Assembly: GCA_046583315.1 (NCBI GenBank)
Contig: JAYGCN010000261.1
Span: 1 to 55,686 of the forward strand
Length of the DNA stretch: 55,686 bases
Source: Candidatus Hydrogenedentota bacterium
Lineage (GTDB): Bacteria; Hydrogenedentota; Hydrogenedentia; Hydrogenedentales; GCA-2746185
Reading direction: 5' to 3'
In this document: piece after piece, positions 27,787 to 37,725 of the stretch
How the letters are laid out: the number at the start of each line of letters is the position of its first letter
Position numbering within the stretch: the first letter of the stretch is position 1
Notes under the pieces: generated by a model
What the model saw: only the letters and a program-made list of their open reading frames with translations
Told to the model about the DNA's origin: nothing
Databases searched by the model: none
Program-made: the position numbers and the translations under genes

Positions 27787-27803
27787 GAAACATCTGATGT
27801 TTC
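27787..27803. promoter_or_regulatory. Perfect 17-bp inverted repeat, candidate operator upstream of trkA
   Basis: GAAACATC-T-GATGTTTC, 18 bp upstream of the trkA start. Confidence 0.45.
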
Positions 27804-27947
27804 CGCGAGATCATCCTACAATCCGAAGGGGTGTGTCAACTTGCCAGCAAATCACGCATTTCGCGTAAAACCACCAATCCCCTTTAATTCTTGTGTATTT
27901 ATGGAGGATAATAAAAAGGAACTTGCGTCTATTTCGAGGAATTTACC

Positions 27948-28421
27948 ATGGCGGTCAAGTATAAGCGCAACCCGAATGCGAAATTCGATTGGAATGTCGC
28001 TGGGCGCTCGACCCAGGCAATCCGGAGAAAGACCTTGTACATCTATTTGGGTCTCGGTATTGCATTCGTTGCTTCATTGGCCTATCACATGATGGCACAG
28101 GGGATCTCGGCGGACTGGTTTGGCCCCTTCGAAATCGAAGCGACCATTACGGAGAAGCTGACCCAGTTTGAGGGCGATCCCGCCGCGCGCTACTTTATCC
28201 GTTGCGAGATCGATACATCGCGCGTCACGCTTTCTGAACAGCCGGCGGATGTTGAGATGCCTCCAAGATTGAACGCATTGGTGCGCACGGACGCGACTAG
28301 CTGGGGTGCGGTTGACGTAGGGTCAATTGTGCAGGTGTGGTGTCGAATCAGTCCGGAATTGGACTCGCTCATCGTTCAGCGAGTGACTTTGGATAGCCTG
28401 ATGGTTGAAACGTCGAAATAA
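27948..28421 (+). CDS. Hypothetical single-TM protein
   Basis: GAGGA RBS, basic N-terminus, TM, beta-rich C-terminal domain. Confidence 0.7.
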   Translation: MAVKYKRNPNAKFDWNVAGRSTQAIRRKTLYIYLGLGIAFVASLAYHMMAQGISADWFGPFEIEATITEKLTQFEGDPAARYFIRCEIDTSRVTLSEQPADVEMPPRLNALVRTDATSWGAVDVGSIVQVWCRISPELDSLIVQRVTLDSLMVETSK

Positions 28422-28508
28422 GGTGACCTGCTTGCGAGGCCTTTGCTCAATTCGTTACTATTTGTATGCGCTACAGGAACTTACGACGGAGAAGGTGCAC
28501 AAAATTCC

Positions 28509-29000
28509 ATGAGCTTGGATCCAAGGGAAATGCAGATTATTTTTGACGACACGGTCGTCGTCCGCCGACCCCGCTATGGCATCATCAAGGGGTATCACGA
28601 ACTGCCGTACGTGTGTCTCGGCGAATCATTCGAGTCAGGCTACGCAACGACGCGCGTTCGCGGCAAGGTGCTCGTGTCTCCGCAATTCGTGGTGCGCCCG
28701 CCTCAATATGGACCTAAATACGAAGACATATTCGGCTCGGAATTTGTGGATTCCGATTTAACCGGTCGCATGTTCGGGTTTATGGGATTTCGTGACCGAC
28801 CGATTGAGTGTAAATCCGAGCATCTCGAAGTGGACCACGTCTACGATACTGTCGACGAAATGTTGAGCAAGACTCTGGATGAGTTGGAGCGGCACGAGGA
28901 CATTACCTCGGGCGTGATGATTTGTCCCAATGCCCAGTACTATCCTGTATCGATCGAAAAATTTATTTCTGAAATTCTTGACGATGAATTTAGCTTCTAG
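28509..29000 (+). CDS. Hypothetical cytoplasmic protein (ATG at 28509 inferred)
   Basis: 163-aa ORF with globular, acidic composition. Confidence 0.75.
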   Translation: MSLDPREMQIIFDDTVVVRRPRYGIIKGYHELPYVCLGESFESGYATTRVRGKVLVSPQFVVRPPQYGPKYEDIFGSEFVDSDLTGRMFGFMGFRDRPIECKSEHLEVDHVYDTVDEMLSKTLDELERHEDITSGVMICPNAQYYPVSIEKFISEILDDEFSF

Positions 29001-29009
29001 GATGAAACT

Positions 29010-29276
29010 ATGAAAAGTGCATACGAGAAGGCCATGGAACGCTTGGCCAAAGAGTCGCCGTCGCGTACTCTAAGCGATGAAGAGAAAACCGAGATAGCCG
29101 AGCTCGACAAAAAGATGGACGCGCAGGTGGCAGAGGCGAAATTGTCCTTCGATGCCAAAATGGCTGTTGCCAATCCGGTGGAAGCCGAGGTGATGCACCA
29201 GGAACTGGTCGCTGAAGTGGCTCGCATTGAGGAGAAACGTGAGGCCGATAAAGACGCCATCTGGAAACGAGCCTAG
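29010..29276 (+). CDS. Small helical/coiled-coil hypothetical protein
   Basis: MKSAYEKAMERL..., 88 aa, AGGA RBS, 9 bp after previous gene. Confidence 0.75.
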   Translation: MKSAYEKAMERLAKESPSRTLSDEEKTEIAELDKKMDAQVAEAKLSFDAKMAVANPVEAEVMHQELVAEVARIEEKREADKDAIWKRA

Positions 29277-29306
29277 ACAACGTTGCGACCACGTAAAGGG
29301 AATACG

Positions 29307-30695
29307 ATGGGGAAATCTGACGAATCAGAAGCGACCAAAGGGGCCGCGTTTATTCGTTGGAGACGCTGGATACCGCTACTCCTTTGTATCGCGCTGCTGT
29401 TTGGCGGATGGACTATCGATGCTCGCATGAAAAGTGTCCCTCTGAATGGATTTGCGCCGCTGGATGCGTCACTGATAATTAGCACGAGTAATGTCGGTGC
29501 GACCTGGTCTGGTTTCGAGAAAACGTCGACTTGGTCCGGAATGATTGATGGCCAAACCAATCCTCTTCGCGAACTGCTCATATCATTTCGAAAGCAGATG
29601 GGGATTCGTCTAAGTCCCCAGCGTTGGAACACATGGCTGGGCAAGCGCGCCGTGTTAAGTCGCACCGATGGGGAGTGGGGGCTCGTAACACAGCCGGGTG
29701 TGCTCTTGCGATTGGCAACAGCACTGCATGGCAAATTCAATGATCCCATCGCGGATACCGTGTTTGAATACCGCGGCCTATATTATTCCTGGAACGAAGA
29801 ATTATTCTGTGTCTCCAACTCACTTTCCGGTGCGCGAAACTTAAACTCGGACACGGTACGTCTGGTGTTTGCACCCAACGTCGCTGACGCGGTACGTATC
29901 GAAGTGCCGACGAAGCGCGATTTATCCGTGACCGTATTCGCGCGTGAAGGACTTCCGGTTGAAGGTCGCGTTTCTGTTATTACGGAACCCATCCCGGCCG
30001 GTTTGACGCTGGAGAAGGACTCGATTGATAAGGGTTTGATCGAAGTTGCTGCCGCCCAGCCGGCCCATTGGGCGCGATTCATGAAAGAACTCCTACCGAA
30101 ATGGCCCAATATTACCAAGCTGCAGGCATCGCTTTCCCAATTTGCCAACGCGCAGCCGTCTACCTGGTTTGGAAACTATTCCGATTCAGTCTGGATTCTC
30201 GAAGCGATCGATACGAAACCGTATTTGGCGGTACCCCTGTTCAGTCTTGTCGCGACAGGTTCGCATCCGCACCCGTTGCCCGAGCCCAGAAGCGTCATGC
30301 GACACGTGTATCGGTCAGGCGCGCTGGAGGGGTGGCGCGAGCCGCATTTCGGTAATCGCTACGAACGGTGCACTGCCGCGACAGAGAATATTCGTGTTCT
30401 GACGAACAGTGCGGACACGATGGCACGCAACGAGAGTCGCTGGCACCATTCAGAACCGATCGATGAAGATGTGCACATAACGATTCGAATTCCGGAGTTG
30501 TTGGACGCCGCAAAACCTGTCATCCTACGCGCAGCGGCCTTAGATGCCATTGAGGGATGGGACGAAGACGATGCGGAGGCTGCAGTTAATGCGATTGCCG
30601 ATCATTTCAAGAGACTGGGACGCGTCGTGTTGGTCGGTGATGTGACCAGCCGAAACGTGAAGTTCATCGGTCAATTGGATGTCGATGATGAGTAG
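29307..30695 (+). CDS. Hypothetical membrane-anchored protein
   Basis: N-terminal TM (WIPLLLCIALLFGGW), long ORF overlapping the next gene. Confidence 0.7.
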   Translation: MGKSDESEATKGAAFIRWRRWIPLLLCIALLFGGWTIDARMKSVPLNGFAPLDASLIISTSNVGATWSGFEKTSTWSGMIDGQTNPLRELLISFRKQMGIRLSPQRWNTWLGKRAVLSRTDGEWGLVTQPGVLLRLATALHGKFNDPIADTVFEYRGLYYSWNEELFCVSNSLSGARNLNSDTVRLVFAPNVADAVRIEVPTKRDLSVTVFAREGLPVEGRVSVITEPIPAGLTLEKDSIDKGLIEVAAAQPAHWARFMKELLPKWPNITKLQASLSQFANAQPSTWFGNYSDSVWILEAIDTKPYLAVPLFSLVATGSHPHPLPEPRSVMRHVYRSGALEGWREPHFGNRYERCTAATENIRVLTNSADTMARNESRWHHSEPIDEDVHITIRIPELLDAAKPVILRAAALDAIEGWDEDDAEAAVNAIADHFKRLGRVVLVGDVTSRNVKFIGQLDVDDE

Positions 30696-32586
30696 TCGAT
30701 TCACAAGACGTTGCCTTTTTTTGCTCGTTTCATGTGCACTGTCGACGACGATTACAGCGCAGCCGCAAGACGATCAATTGTTTCTTCAGGTCGACGATGC
30801 GGGCGCGATCATGAATCTGCATTGGCCCTCTCCGGGGATGTTCTCTCAGATGGCACTGCGGGTCGGCGATCCTCCGGGATTGCGTTGGGGTATTTTGGAA
30901 GAGGAGACCATTCTTTGGATCGGAAAAGAGGATTGGGTCGCCGACAGGTTAGAACAGGATGTAGCTCGCGGCACCTTTATCTCACACCTGAAGCACTCAA
31001 CGCGCGACATACGTGTCGAAGTCATCACCCAACTCGGTCGCTCCGGCTCAGGATTTACGTCGACCGTAGAGATTGCAGGAGTGAATGCCCCAACACTTGT
31101 CTGGTATGCGGATTTCGATCCGACAGCGTATGTGCTTCCTGAGAGTTCGAACGGATATACGAGCAGGACGAAGTATCGAGATTATGGAGCCAGTGTGGCC
31201 CGTGATTCTAAAACCACTATACACTTCAGGCCTGATGCGATCGGTCGCGAGAAATCGGCGAAGGTAAAACGCTGGATGGCAGATGGCCGGTCCTTTGACG
31301 ACTGGGGCGACTTGGGAGATGGAACGTGGATTGGCATTACGTCCCCACAACACGTTATCCTGCAGGTGGTGAGTTCGAAGCGACCGAAATGGGGGAGTAT
31401 GTTATGGAGAGAGGCCATTCTGGACTTGAAGAACACTGGTCACGACGTAGCATTAGGCGACACGCACTCGCTGCTCGTCTGTGAAGGACAGAAAACGGAC
31501 GACGGGTATGTAGCGTCGGTGCAAGTGGCGTTCGCGCATACCCGTAGCGACGTACAGGATTTATTGCGCCAAGATTTGGTGCCGAAGACCGAAAAAGCGA
31601 CCCCCAAAAACCGTCGATTCCCAAACACCCGCCCGGATGTCACAGCCTTGGCTGAAGGTCTGACAGATTTTATTGGTCTGCATCAAGATGAGGCGAGTGG
31701 TGCTATTTTCGCATCGACACCCGGGCATATGCCAGCAACCCCGGTCGACGTAGTGCATGCATGTTATACGCTCTACGCATTGGGACTGGCTGGCCGCCGC
31801 GACTTGGGCGATTCCCTGGCCGAGTACCTCGCAAGACAGGTTTACCAGGAGACTGATGGACATCGCCCAATGGGTTCGGTGTCCAGACTGCGTTATAGTT
31901 CGGGCATTCCGGCCGAACCGGAATATCGCGTGGAACTGTTTCCGGCGGCATCGATTATCTGGGCATTGAACGAATATGCGATGCAATTGCCTCTTCGGGG
32001 GCGCCGGGATTTTCTTCACAAGCATCAGGACGCATTGGAATCAATGGCCGATTTTATCGATCAATGGTCCCGCCCGATACTGGATCAATTGCCACGCGTT
32101 GCCGGTCTAAACGCACTTGAGGCAGCCCCATACCTGGATGAATTGGCCGCCGCGCGTCTCGGCCTCAATAGTGGAGCACAGGTCTTTGAGGCCATGGGCA
32201 AGGAAGTTCCCTTGGCGTGGATTGAAACCAATGGACGCGCATTTCGTGCGACATCAACGCGGGGAATGTACATCTACGCACCTTGGGACATCGAAATCGG
32301 TCGGCGACTCAACCACTATATTGATATCCGACGTTTCGAACGACGCGGCTCGTTATCCGCATATCTGGATACGCAAAGTGAAGCGAAGAAACGATTTACT
32401 GTACTATCGATTGCCTACCAGACAACCCGAACCTCATCAGGAGGTCGACTCGGGCCTGAACTCATTGCACCAACCGTCGACCGGTACTTTGGGCAGGATC
32501 TGTCAACCGTTTCCTGGAACGGTCGGGATGGCGAGGCCGCCTTGTTGCTGGTAATTCTATATAAAAGCTACCAATCAACCCCCTAA
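30679..32586 (+). CDS. Exported GH15/glucoamylase-like protein, degenerate
   Basis: Signal peptide; LHWPSPG N-domain; QDEASGAIFAS resembles GH15 GAIxAS; AASIIWALNEY helix. Confidence 0.55.
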   Translation: MSMMSSRFTRRCLFLLVSCALSTTITAQPQDDQLFLQVDDAGAIMNLHWPSPGMFSQMALRVGDPPGLRWGILEEETILWIGKEDWVADRLEQDVARGTFISHLKHSTRDIRVEVITQLGRSGSGFTSTVEIAGVNAPTLVWYADFDPTAYVLPESSNGYTSRTKYRDYGASVARDSKTTIHFRPDAIGREKSAKVKRWMADGRSFDDWGDLGDGTWIGITSPQHVILQVVSSKRPKWGSMLWREAILDLKNTGHDVALGDTHSLLVCEGQKTDDGYVASVQVAFAHTRSDVQDLLRQDLVPKTEKATPKNRRFPNTRPDVTALAEGLTDFIGLHQDEASGAIFASTPGHMPATPVDVVHACYTLYALGLAGRRDLGDSLAEYLARQVYQETDGHRPMGSVSRLRYSSGIPAEPEYRVELFPAASIIWALNEYAMQLPLRGRRDFLHKHQDALESMADFIDQWSRPILDQLPRVAGLNALEAAPYLDELAAARLGLNSGAQVFEAMGKEVPLAWIETNGRAFRATSTRGMYIYAPWDIEIGRRLNHYIDIRRFERRGSLSAYLDTQSEAKKRFTVLSIAYQTTRTSSGGRLGPELIAPTVDRYFGQDLSTVSWNGRDGEAALLLVILYKSYQSTP

Positions 32587-32598
32587 AAATGGCATAAT

Positions 32599-32621
32599 AG
32601 CGGACCGTTTTCGGGTCCGCT
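32599..32621 (+). terminator. Stem-loop ending the 27.9-32.6 kb unit
   Basis: AGCGGACC-gttttcg-GGTCCGCT followed by a pyrimidine run. Confidence 0.55.
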
Positions 32622-32719
32622 TCCTCCTTGGGGGCATGTACCTGAAATCGGGTGTAGGCTGCGAATCATCAAATTGTCCTAAGTATCGTGACTTCAACCT
32701 GTTGCGACTAATTTGCCAC

Positions 32720-32735
32720 TGGCACGGATTGTGCT
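32720..32735 (+). promoter_or_regulatory. Candidate sigma54 promoter for the MoxR/Bat operon
   Basis: TGGCACGGATTGTGCT, GG-N10-GC spacing. Confidence 0.5.
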
Positions 32736-32745
32736 CTCAGATAAT

Positions 32746-33582
32746 ATGCGCGGTTATTGGTCTTATCCCCGAATTTCCTATCCATTGGCGTTTTTTACGC
32801 TTTTGGTTGCCGTCGCCTGTGCCGAGCCTACCCTCAATGTCGTACAGAATTCCCGCGAGGCCGTCCTCAATGAACCGTACACGCTTGCCTTTGAGCTAAG
32901 TTGGCAGGGTAAACCCGACGAATTTGTGGCTATTCCGCCATCGTTGCAACTCGATTCGTGGGCGGAGATCTCGGAAATCTCGACGTCGAGCTTCGTTGAA
33001 GGCGACCAATCGACACTGCGTCATACGGTGACCCTTATCCCGCGGGAGGTCGGCGAATTTTCCACACCCGCGTTCGAGCTGGCCTATCTTGCAAAGGCGG
33101 ATATTCCGAAAGAGACACCAAAGGACACTGATGCCCAAGCTGCTCCCGGACCCCTTTATGGATTGATTACCGCGGGACCCCTCACGGTTCGTGTCAATGA
33201 ACCATCGGACGCAATGATACAAATTTTGGGTATCGTAACGCTGTGCCTGGTCCTGTTCGGATCCGCTTTTGTGTTCTATCGTCGTAACGCGATTCACATC
33301 GCAACGGCTTCGGAACCAATTGTACAGACCGTTCCTTCTTATATCCACGATGCGCGCAAGCACCGCCTGGACGAAGACCACTACGCTTTTTTCCAATCGC
33401 TCGCGGGCGGGGCGGGACTGTTACACAATTCCGAGGAAAGACGTTTACTCAAGAAACGGTTTTCCGATCTCGCCATGGCGCTAGGTTTTAAAGGCGCGAA
33501 AGTAACGGCAGATGAGCTGGACGGCGCGTTGCGTGAGTTGGAAGGTGCCGCGAAGACCGACATCAACACAAACCAAGACTAA
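32746..33582 (+). CDS. BatD-like domain membrane protein (start uncertain)
   Basis: Signal-like segment, LIPREVGEFSTPAFEL BatD-type strand, TM, helical C-terminus. Confidence 0.65.
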   Translation: MRGYWSYPRISYPLAFFTLLVAVACAEPTLNVVQNSREAVLNEPYTLAFELSWQGKPDEFVAIPPSLQLDSWAEISEISTSSFVEGDQSTLRHTVTLIPREVGEFSTPAFELAYLAKADIPKETPKDTDAQAAPGPLYGLITAGPLTVRVNEPSDAMIQILGIVTLCLVLFGSAFVFYRRNAIHIATASEPIVQTVPSYIHDARKHRLDEDHYAFFQSLAGGAGLLHNSEERRLLKKRFSDLAMALGFKGAKVTADELDGALRELEGAAKTDINTNQD

Positions 33583-33621
33583 CCATATTCTGCAGAGCGA
33601 CAATAGGAGCACAACGAAACG

Positions 33622-34608
33622 ATGAGTCAGACGGTAGAAGCAATTCGGAGAAGTGTAGAGGAAAAGTCCCAATTCGTAGGGCGCCTGCGCAGTCAGATTT
33701 CCAAGGTGATTGTGGGGCAGGAGTACATGATTGATCGTATTCTTCTGGGATTGCTCGCCAACGGTCATGTGCTGATTGAAGGGGTTCCTGGTCTTGCCAA
33801 GACGACCGCCGTCAAGACCTTGGCTCAGTCGATGGATTGCGCCTACTCACGCATTCAGTTTACGCCGGATCTGTTGCCTGCCGATTTGATTGGTACCCAG
33901 GTGTACAGTCCCAAAGACAGTACCTTTTCCATCAAACGGGGTCCGATTTTCGGGAATATTATTTTGGCGGATGAAATCAACCGTGCCCCGGCCAAGGTGC
34001 AGAGCGCGCTGCTTGAGGCCATGCAAGAACGCCAGGTGACGATAGGGGCTGAGACGTTCAAGCTGGACACGCCGTTTATGGTGTTGGCCACGCAGAACCC
34101 GATTGAGCAAGAGGGTACCTATCCGCTTCCCGAAGCACAGATGGATCGATTTATGTTCAAGCTCAAGGTGGTCTACCCAAGTCGTTCGGAAGAACGTGAG
34201 ATTATGGATCGCGTCGACGTCCTGCATGAGGTCGAAGTTGGCCCGGTGGTCACCAAACAAGAAATTCTTGAAGCGCGCGAAGTGGTCAACCAGATTTACG
34301 TTGATGATAAAGCGAAAAACTACATCGTCGATTTGGTGCAAGCCACGCGCCATCCCGAAAAGTTTAATCTCGATATCGGGAACCTTATTGAATACGGCGC
34401 GTCCCCGCGTGCGACGATTTACCTTCAACAAGCCGCGCGCGCGCAGGCCTTCTTGCAAGGCGAAGGCAACGTATTCCCGAACGACGTCAAACAAGTGGCT
34501 ATGGACATTCTTCGGCATCGCGTCATCATGACCTATGAGGCCGAAGCGGAAGAAATTACGAGCGAAGACATTATCCGCAAAATACTGGATTCGGTACCTG
34601 TGCCTTAG
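33622..34608 (+). CDS. moxR: MoxR-family AAA+ ATPase
   Basis: EGVPGLAKT, RIQFTPDLLPAD, LADEINRAPAKVQSALLEAM, ATQNPIEQEGTYPLPEAQ. Confidence 0.97.
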   Translation: MSQTVEAIRRSVEEKSQFVGRLRSQISKVIVGQEYMIDRILLGLLANGHVLIEGVPGLAKTTAVKTLAQSMDCAYSRIQFTPDLLPADLIGTQVYSPKDSTFSIKRGPIFGNIILADEINRAPAKVQSALLEAMQERQVTIGAETFKLDTPFMVLATQNPIEQEGTYPLPEAQMDRFMFKLKVVYPSRSEEREIMDRVDVLHEVEVGPVVTKQEILEAREVVNQIYVDDKAKNYIVDLVQATRHPEKFNLDIGNLIEYGASPRATIYLQQAARAQAFLQGEGNVFPNDVKQVAMDILRHRVIMTYEAEAEEITSEDIIRKILDSVPVP

Positions 34609-34656
34609 TGGGCACTTCCGGACTGGTGTGACAAATAGAACGAAAGGAAAAGCAAG

Positions 34657-34857
34657 ATGGCAAACGCATTTTTGGCACGAGAAGAAGAAGAGCAGGAATC
34701 AATGTTGGCAGACATGTGGTGTGGCAAGTGCCAGGACTACAATCTTGGGGTTGACGATCCTCACGAGTATGCGGGAAACGGCGTTTCATTCCTGGAAGGA
34801 AAATGTACCGAATGCGGTACCACGGTGGTACTTGAGATTGAGGAATCTACCATTTAG
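34657..34857 (+). CDS. Small acidic Zn-ribbon protein
   Basis: 66 aa, WCGKC...KCTECG (two CxxC), AAGGA RBS. Confidence 0.75.
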   Translation: MANAFLAREEEEQESMLADMWCGKCQDYNLGVDDPHEYAGNGVSFLEGKCTECGTTVVLEIEESTI

Positions 34858-34881
34858 CGGTTTAATGGTTTGGGGGCAATC

Positions 34882-35760
34882 ATGATACCTGCAGAGGTCA
34901 TGAAAAAGATTCGTCACATTCAGATTCGGACGAGTCACATGGTCAACGACATTCTCGCCGGCGAATACCACAGCGTATTCAAAGGACAGGGAATGGAGTT
35001 CGAGGAAGTGCGCGAGTACGTTCCCGGCGATGACATACGTCTCATCGACTGGAATGTGACCGCCCGCACGTCCGTGCCCCATATCAAGAAATTGGTCGAG
35101 GAGCGCGAGCTCACCGTCATGTTGATGGTGGACGCCAGCGGGTCAGGGCGATTCGGCAGCGTCGAACGCTTCAAGAATGAACTGGCCGCCGAACTGTGCG
35201 CCGTGTTGGCATTTTCCGCCATCCGCAACAACGACAAGGTCGGCCTCATCATTTTTACCGACTCGGTCGAGTTGTATATCCCCCCGGACAAAGGGCGCCG
35301 ACATGTCTTGCGTGTAATCCGAGAAGTACTGTTTTTCAAGCCCACCGGTCGCGGCACAAACATTCCTGAAGCATTACACTTTCTGAACGGCGTCACAAAA
35401 CGGCGCGTGGTCGCGTTTCTGGTATCCGATTTTATGGCAGACGACTTCGAGACACCTTTGGCCATTGCCAACAAGCGCCATGATCTGATAGCGGTCTCCG
35501 TGACCGATCCCCGCGAGGAAACATTGCCCGATGTCGGATTGGTCAATATGCAAGATGCCGAAACCGGCTCCGAAATTCTCGTGAATACCCGCAACAAAAA
35601 ATTTCGTTCGCTCTACGAGGCGCGCGCGCGTAAACGAGCACTCAGGAGAGATGAATTATTCGCACGCACCCGCGTGGACGCGATTCATGTTCGCACGGAC
35701 GAACCCTACATCGACGAGATACACCGCTTCTTCAAAATGCGGGAGCGTCGTCATGCGTAG
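34882..35760 (+). CDS. DUF58 family vWA protein
   Basis: GMEFEEVREYVPGDDIRLIDWNVTAR, VDASGS, LVSDF. Confidence 0.95.
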   Translation: MIPAEVMKKIRHIQIRTSHMVNDILAGEYHSVFKGQGMEFEEVREYVPGDDIRLIDWNVTARTSVPHIKKLVEERELTVMLMVDASGSGRFGSVERFKNELAAELCAVLAFSAIRNNDKVGLIIFTDSVELYIPPDKGRRHVLRVIREVLFFKPTGRGTNIPEALHFLNGVTKRRVVAFLVSDFMADDFETPLAIANKRHDLIAVSVTDPREETLPDVGLVNMQDAETGSEILVNTRNKKFRSLYEARARKRALRRDELFARTRVDAIHVRTDEPYIDEIHRFFKMRERRHA

Positions 35761-36709
35761 TTGGAGTGTTGTAGCGGCGCTATGTCTTGGATTTTTTGCT
35801 GTCACCGCGATGGCGCAATCCGACGTGCATGTGGAGGCCACGCTTTCCCCCTCCGAGATGCCCTTCTACAAGAGCACGACGTTTACGATCACGGTGGAAG
35901 CTCCCGAATCGACAGAGGTTGAGCTGCCGGACCTGCGACTCACGTTTGAGCAACAAAAATTAATGAACGAAGAGATGCCCATGGCGGATTATCGGAAAGA
36001 ACCGCTGGGGAACGGCCGCATCCGCATCACGGAGTCGTACACGCTCGAGCCGATTTTTGTGAAGGACTATTTTTTCGACCCGATAGTGGTCACCCTCAAT
36101 GGCGACGCGACGGTTACGATTCCCAGCCCCGTCTTGCGCGTTCGTGAGCTGACCGAAGCTGAGCAGGAAGCGATCGCGCTGTTTCATGCGGACATCGCCG
36201 GAGGTCCCGAAGCCGCACCGCGTCCCCTTACTGCGCGATGGCAATTCTGGATCCTGGTCACCCTCATTTCGTTGGCCGTGGTCGCCCTCACCATCTACTG
36301 GTGGTTGACGCACCGCGAACTTCAGGCGATTTTACCTGCCAAAGATCCCTGGGAGACCGCGCTGGCACGGCTTGAGGCTCTTGCGCAGCGCAATCTCGCG
36401 AAAGAAGGCAAATTTGAAGCCTATTATGTCGATTTATCCGCGATTCTCCGATACTACATCGAAGGGCGCTTCACGCTGCACGCACCTGAACGTACTTCTC
36501 CGGAATTTCTCGCCGAGATGATGGAAACCGACCTGTTTACGAAAGAACAGGAGGATTTCTTGAAGACCTTCCTTCGCCTGTGCGACCGTGTTAAATTTGC
36601 ACAGCACGAGCCGGGTCTGCTGGACATGGAAGCGAGCTTTACACAAGTCAGCAAGTTCGTTGAGGATACGATTCCCACGAACGACGACGTGATCGAAGAG
36701 GCCGCTTGA
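35753..36709 (+). CDS. Bat-operon membrane protein (BatD-like domain, TM, helical C-terminus)
   Basis: Signal peptide, TM, LSAILRYYIE...ERTSPEF...CDRVKFA; coupled to DUF58 and batA. Confidence 0.8.
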   Translation: MRSWSVVAALCLGFFAVTAMAQSDVHVEATLSPSEMPFYKSTTFTITVEAPESTEVELPDLRLTFEQQKLMNEEMPMADYRKEPLGNGRIRITESYTLEPIFVKDYFFDPIVVTLNGDATVTIPSPVLRVRELTEAEQEAIALFHADIAGGPEAAPRPLTARWQFWILVTLISLAVVALTIYWWLTHRELQAILPAKDPWETALARLEALAQRNLAKEGKFEAYYVDLSAILRYYIEGRFTLHAPERTSPEFLAEMMETDLFTKEQEDFLKTFLRLCDRVKFAQHEPGLLDMEASFTQVSKFVEDTIPTNDDVIEEAA

Positions 36710-37725
36710 TGATTTGGTCGATGCCCGATATAGATACCTTCAAGAATCCGGAGTATCTTTTCCTCCTGGTTCCAGTGATTATCCTGCTTGCGGCCGAATG
36801 GTTCGGACGCCCGCATGGCGTGATACGGATTTCAACGGGAACCGAGATCGAGAACCTGCCTGGCGCACGAAATGTTCCCTTTCGTCGATTTCCGACCATC
36901 CTGCGCGTGGTGGGTCTGACACTGCTAATCATCGCGCTCGCACGCCCCTTGAACGGAATGCGTCCCCGTATGGAAAGTGCCGAAGTCCGTGACATCATGC
37001 TGGCCGTTGACGTGTCCGGCTCCATGACGGCCAACGATTTTCGAATCGATGACAAGGCGAGGGATCGACTATTCGTGACGAAGTTGGCGGTACTCGACTT
37101 TATTGAATCGCGTAAAGTTGAAAAAGATGATCGCTTCGGTCTGGATCGCGTGGGCTTGTTGCTGTATGCGAGTTACGCCTGGATTCAAACACCGTTGACC
37201 CTGGATTATGCGCTGTTGGAACACGATCTCGCCAACGTCACCATCGATCAGAATAATGAAAAACACAATCGCACGGCGATCGGCTCGGCGGTAGGTCTTG
37301 CATTGAGCAACCTGTTGAAGTCCGAGGCGGAGTCGAAAGTGGTCGTGTTGCTGACGGACGGGATCAACAACGCGGGCGAGTTGGACCCCATCACCGCGGC
37401 GACACTGGCGAACGACTATGGCATGCGTATCTATACCATCGGTGCCGGTGCCACATCGAAGAACAATTTCAGCGGCCAGAATCCTATCGACGAGGAGACC
37501 TTGAAAGAGATCGCGTCGATCACCGGGGCGAAATACTACCGCGCCACGGATTTGAATACCTTGCAAGAAGCCTACCGAGAGATCAATGAACTCGAAACCA
37601 CAAAAATTGAATTAGGCCAGGTATACGATTACGACGAGGGGTTCATGCCTTTCGCCGTGTTCGGAACCCTCTGTGTGTTGACTTCGGTCATCACCCGCCG
37701 CAAATGGTTCGAGGCAATACCATGA
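36706..37725 (+). CDS. batA: BatA vWA-domain protein
   Basis: IALARP, MIDAS DVSGSM, TAIG, LLTDG, IYTIG. Confidence 0.9.
   Translation: MMIWSMPDIDTFKNPEYLFLLVPVIILLAAEWFGRPHGVIRISTGTEIENLPGARNVPFRRFPTILRVVGLTLLIIALARPLNGMRPRMESAEVRDIMLAVDVSGSMTANDFRIDDKARDRLFVTKLAVLDFIESRKVEKDDRFGLDRVGLLLYASYAWIQTPLTLDYALLEHDLANVTIDQNNEKHNRTAIGSAVGLALSNLLKSEAESKVVVLLTDGINNAGELDPITAATLANDYGMRIYTIGAGATSKNNFSGQNPIDEETLKEIASITGAKYYRATDLNTLQEAYREINELETTKIELGQVYDYDEGFMPFAVFGTLCVLTSVITRRKWFEAIP

Noticed and set aside
27769..27947. c-di-AMP riboswitch upstream of trkAH
   Set aside because: No ydaO-type conserved motifs or terminator seen; the leader looks short
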